A stretch of DNA of 62,794 nt, counting the filler. It is 8 parts of 8 records of this genome, joined end to end, with 100 filler letters (N's around TTAATTAATTAA, not from the genome) between each part and the next. Parts side by side here need not be neighbours in the genome. Positions count along the whole stretch, not along the records: positions 57,589 to 62,794 come from SRR31147125_51960; 7 more parts are not named here. One strand, given 5' to 3'. Shown piece after piece: positions 60,207 to 62,794 of the stretch. A program made the translations under genes and the position numbers. Every line of letters starts with the position of its first letter. The stretch's first letter is position 1. The notes below the pieces were generated by a model. That model was not told the origin of the DNA, did no database searches, and saw nothing but the letters and a program-made list of their open reading frames with translations.

Positions 60207-60971
60207 GTGAAAAAAACACTTTATATTGATTTTTTAGACCGAGAATGGAGAAAAAAGGTGACCCCAGCAGAGTATCAATCCACAAATAACTTGCTGATGC
60301 TGTTTGTAAAATATCCTGAACCCGGAAAAGTTAAAACACGTCTTGGTCGGGAAATTGGGAACGAAAAAGCAGCTAAACTATACGAAGATTTGGTAAACCA
60401 ACAAATCAATGATCTATCAGTGCCGGAATGCAACACCCATTTCCCCACTGATAATTCAAATAAGTACCACCTCAATCTATACGTGGATGATCACCATGAC
60501 ATTCAAGCGTATCAAGAAAAGTTCGGACATCACCTCATCTGTTTCCATCAGCAGGGGGATGATCTCGGGGAGCGGATGGACAGGGCAATTACCCATGGGT
60601 TTCATAGAGGATATGACAAGGTGATTCTCATCGGCAGTGACATCCCGATGATGGATGCCCCTGCCGTCGATTCATTTTTCTGCGACCTTGAAAAATATGA
60701 CATGGTCATCGGACCGACACTGGATGGGGGATATTACATGATCGGGTTCAGAAACCATGTTGATCATGGCCCTCTGTTTTACGGGGTTTCGTGGAGCAGC
60801 AATGCCGTTTTCAAAGAGACCCTCATCAAGGCAAAAGAGGCAAAAATCAATTTTCTTGTAGAAAAATTGTGGTTTGATATCGATACGTCCAAAGATCTGG
60901 ATCTCTATAATTGTCTTCGATTATCCGGGGAACTTTTCTCTAAAATTAACATCCGGTCCAATATCCTATAA
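60207..60971 (+). CDS. TIGR04282-like (DUF2064) nucleotide-sugar transferase
   Basis: FVKYPEPGKVKTRL, QQGDDLGERM, IGSDIP, GPTLDGGYYMIG, DIDTSKDL. Confidence 0.88.
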   Translation: MKKTLYIDFLDREWRKKVTPAEYQSTNNLLMLFVKYPEPGKVKTRLGREIGNEKAAKLYEDLVNQQINDLSVPECNTHFPTDNSNKYHLNLYVDDHHDIQAYQEKFGHHLICFHQQGDDLGERMDRAITHGFHRGYDKVILIGSDIPMMDAPAVDSFFCDLEKYDMVIGPTLDGGYYMIGFRNHVDHGPLFYGVSWSSNAVFKETLIKAKEAKINFLVEKLWFDIDTSKDLDLYNCLRLSGELFSKINIRSNIL

Positions 60972-61529
60972 ACCGATATTGCGAACCGAATCAAGAAATG
61001 AAGCGTCTGAACTTTTGGAGTGGGATTGCAGGGTTGAGAAAATTTTTTGCATATGGCGTTCCATGCGCCCCATTCGTTCCTGAATCAGCTTCTCCACCAC
61101 ATGAATGCAACTCTCGGGATAACGAATCATCACCTTTCTGAAGTGTTCCCGATCAATGGTCAGCAATTCAGCGTCGGTTGCTGCACGGGCGGAAAGTTTG
61201 GCATCCATATCCGCCAAGAGCGCCATATAGCCAAATTGGTCGCCACAGTGAAGTTGTTCCAAATCCATGGATTGATTATCCTGATGAAAATAGAGCGTGA
61301 CGCTCCCCTGGAGAATCATAAAGGCCTTGGAAATGCGATCTCCCTGGAAAAATATTACCTCCCCTTTGAGGTAGTTTTGTCGATCCGCCATTAACGCAAA
61401 CAGATTGATAATCTCGAATTCCAGTAGTTTGAATGCAGGCAGTTTACGAAGAACATCCATATTTTGTTCTAAAATGCTTTGGGATGTAATGGCGTTTAAA
61501 TCGGGGTCATTGGCCATGCACCAGTTCAT
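60966..61529 (-). CDS. Standalone cyclic-nucleotide-binding domain protein
   Basis: GEVIFFQGD, ILQGSV, GDQFGYMALL, SARA; no Crp-type HTH. Confidence 0.85.
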   Translation of the reverse strand: MNWCMANDPDLNAITSQSILEQNMDVLRKLPAFKLLEFEIINLFALMADRQNYLKGEVIFFQGDRISKAFMILQGSVTLYFHQDNQSMDLEQLHCGDQFGYMALLADMDAKLSARAATDAELLTIDREHFRKVMIRYPESCIHVVEKLIQERMGRMERHMQKIFSTLQSHSKSSDASFLDSVRNIGL

Positions 61530-62794
61530 GCAATGCTCCTTTTTTTGATCAGTTCATGGAAAACTCCCTGTTCCACCATTTTTCCATCTTTCAATACCAC
61601 GATGGTATCATATTCCTCAAGAAGATCAAGCCGGTGGATGACGGACAATACAGTGGTCCCCCCTTTGAGATGCTGAGAAATATACGACTGAATTTTTTGT
61701 TGGGATTGGTTGTCAAGGCTTGCGGTTGCCTCATCCAGAATCAGTATGGAGGGCTTTTTGATCAATGCCCTGGCAATGGCGATTTTCTGTTTTTGTCCAC
61801 CTGACAGTTTACTGCCCTGACTGCCGGTGTTGTAATCCAGAGCGGCATCGATAAGTGCATTAAAAACAGAATCATTTTCTTGGAGTAACTCAGTGACAAT
61901 GGCTTTGATACTTGGCCAGGCCGAGGCATACGCGGTTTGAACACTGCCAAATAGAAAATTCTCCATGACCGATCGAGAGGGGATGTAGCCGGCAGGACAA
62001 AAAATGGGTAGATCAGACGCCAATGTGGCGATTTGAAATGCGCATTTTCCTTTGATAAGCGCATGCATGGCCCGAGTGCAGTTGTGGTAATCCAGCGCAA
62101 TAAATTCCTTGAGAAACGCTTTACGGCAGTGGATGATTTTCGTTTGAAACGGTTGTGAAACCGTGGCAATTTTATGCAATGCCGGAATATGGGTGAGAGC
62201 AAGGGTTAAAAACTCATTTTTATCTTCACCGGACATTGCAAGGACTTGACACGCAGGGTATTTCTTCAAAAGCGTATCATAGTGAGGCATGGCCTCAGTG
62301 GGAATGGGAGTGGATTTAAAAAAAAGGGATCATCTGACAGATTTTTCAGAAGCACCACGGACTGACGAATGATTTGGTGCCCCAAACAAAGCAGTTCTTC
62401 GTAAAGATCATGTTTTTTTAGAAAATCGATGAACGATGAGTTCCGGGCGATTGTTTGGGGAGCCAGATCCCCTGATAAGCCGTCACTGAAAACCAGGTTC
62501 CCGTAAATGGAGGTGTGTGAGAGAAAAGAGTCGACATCAAACAGTTCAATCCGGCGGTGTAGTTCAGGAGACAAGCGGGATCGAAGTTTTGGACGTAAGC
62601 TGACAATTTCTTCTGTTAATCGCCTATTTAAAGATGATGTCGATTGTGTTTTGGGGAGGGGATTTTCAAGGGCGATTTTCAAAAGATCGTCAACCAATCC
62701 TAAATGGGTCAACAATTGGCTCATTTCATCAATGTTCGGCATTTGCGGGGGGAGGGGGTCGAAGGCGTTTCCTCCATCTCTTATGACATGGGGG
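61526..62794 (-). CDS. ABC transporter ATP-binding protein with large insertion in the NBD, 5' truncated, frameshift at A8, 62318-62325
   Basis: LSGGQKQKIAIARAL, LILDEATASLD, IHRL. The 62266-62742 ORF joins via DPFFF-KSTPIPTEA-MPHY. Confidence 0.8.

Overview
This window is not one locus. It is eight unrelated contig fragments joined by seven identical 100-nt artificial linkers (44 N + TTAATTAATTAA + 44 N), so gene neighbourhood is meaningful only within a segment. Taxonomic labels below are inferences from gene content and base composition. A (1-7413, Bacteroidota-like): patatin/beta-barrel protein, PAS protein, degenerate GH16 with helical repeats, nucleoside phosphorylase, SirB1-like protein, rny. 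B (7514-17978, possibly KSB1/Calditrichota-like): phoH, LysM protein plus small lipoprotein, aspS, and an Agl-Glt-like TPR/GltF/ExbB/ExbD/ExbD/TonB operon. C (18079-24197, Bacteroidota): fecR-susC-susD with a predicted antisense sRNA. D (24298-31309, Bacteroidota): membrane-anchored reductive-dehalogenase-like protein, DUF349 protein, then a dif-like site followed by what looks like the left end of a small tailless (double jelly-roll capsid) provirus, which is the most interesting item. E (31410-41314): sulfated-polysaccharide degradation genes. F (41415-47565, spirochaete-like): histidine kinase, LysR, tctCBA. G (47666-57488, Clostridia-like): aldehyde oxidoreductase cluster with radical SAM, methyltransferase, AMP-ligase and XdhC. 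H (57589-62794, Desulfobacterota-like): YnjBC-like ABC transporter, TIGR04283/TIGR04282 glycosyltransferases, cNMP-binding protein and ABC ATPase. About eight genes are split by single-base frameshifts, mostly in homopolymers, which are probably sequencing errors. All family calls are from motif recognition by eye; no database searches were run.
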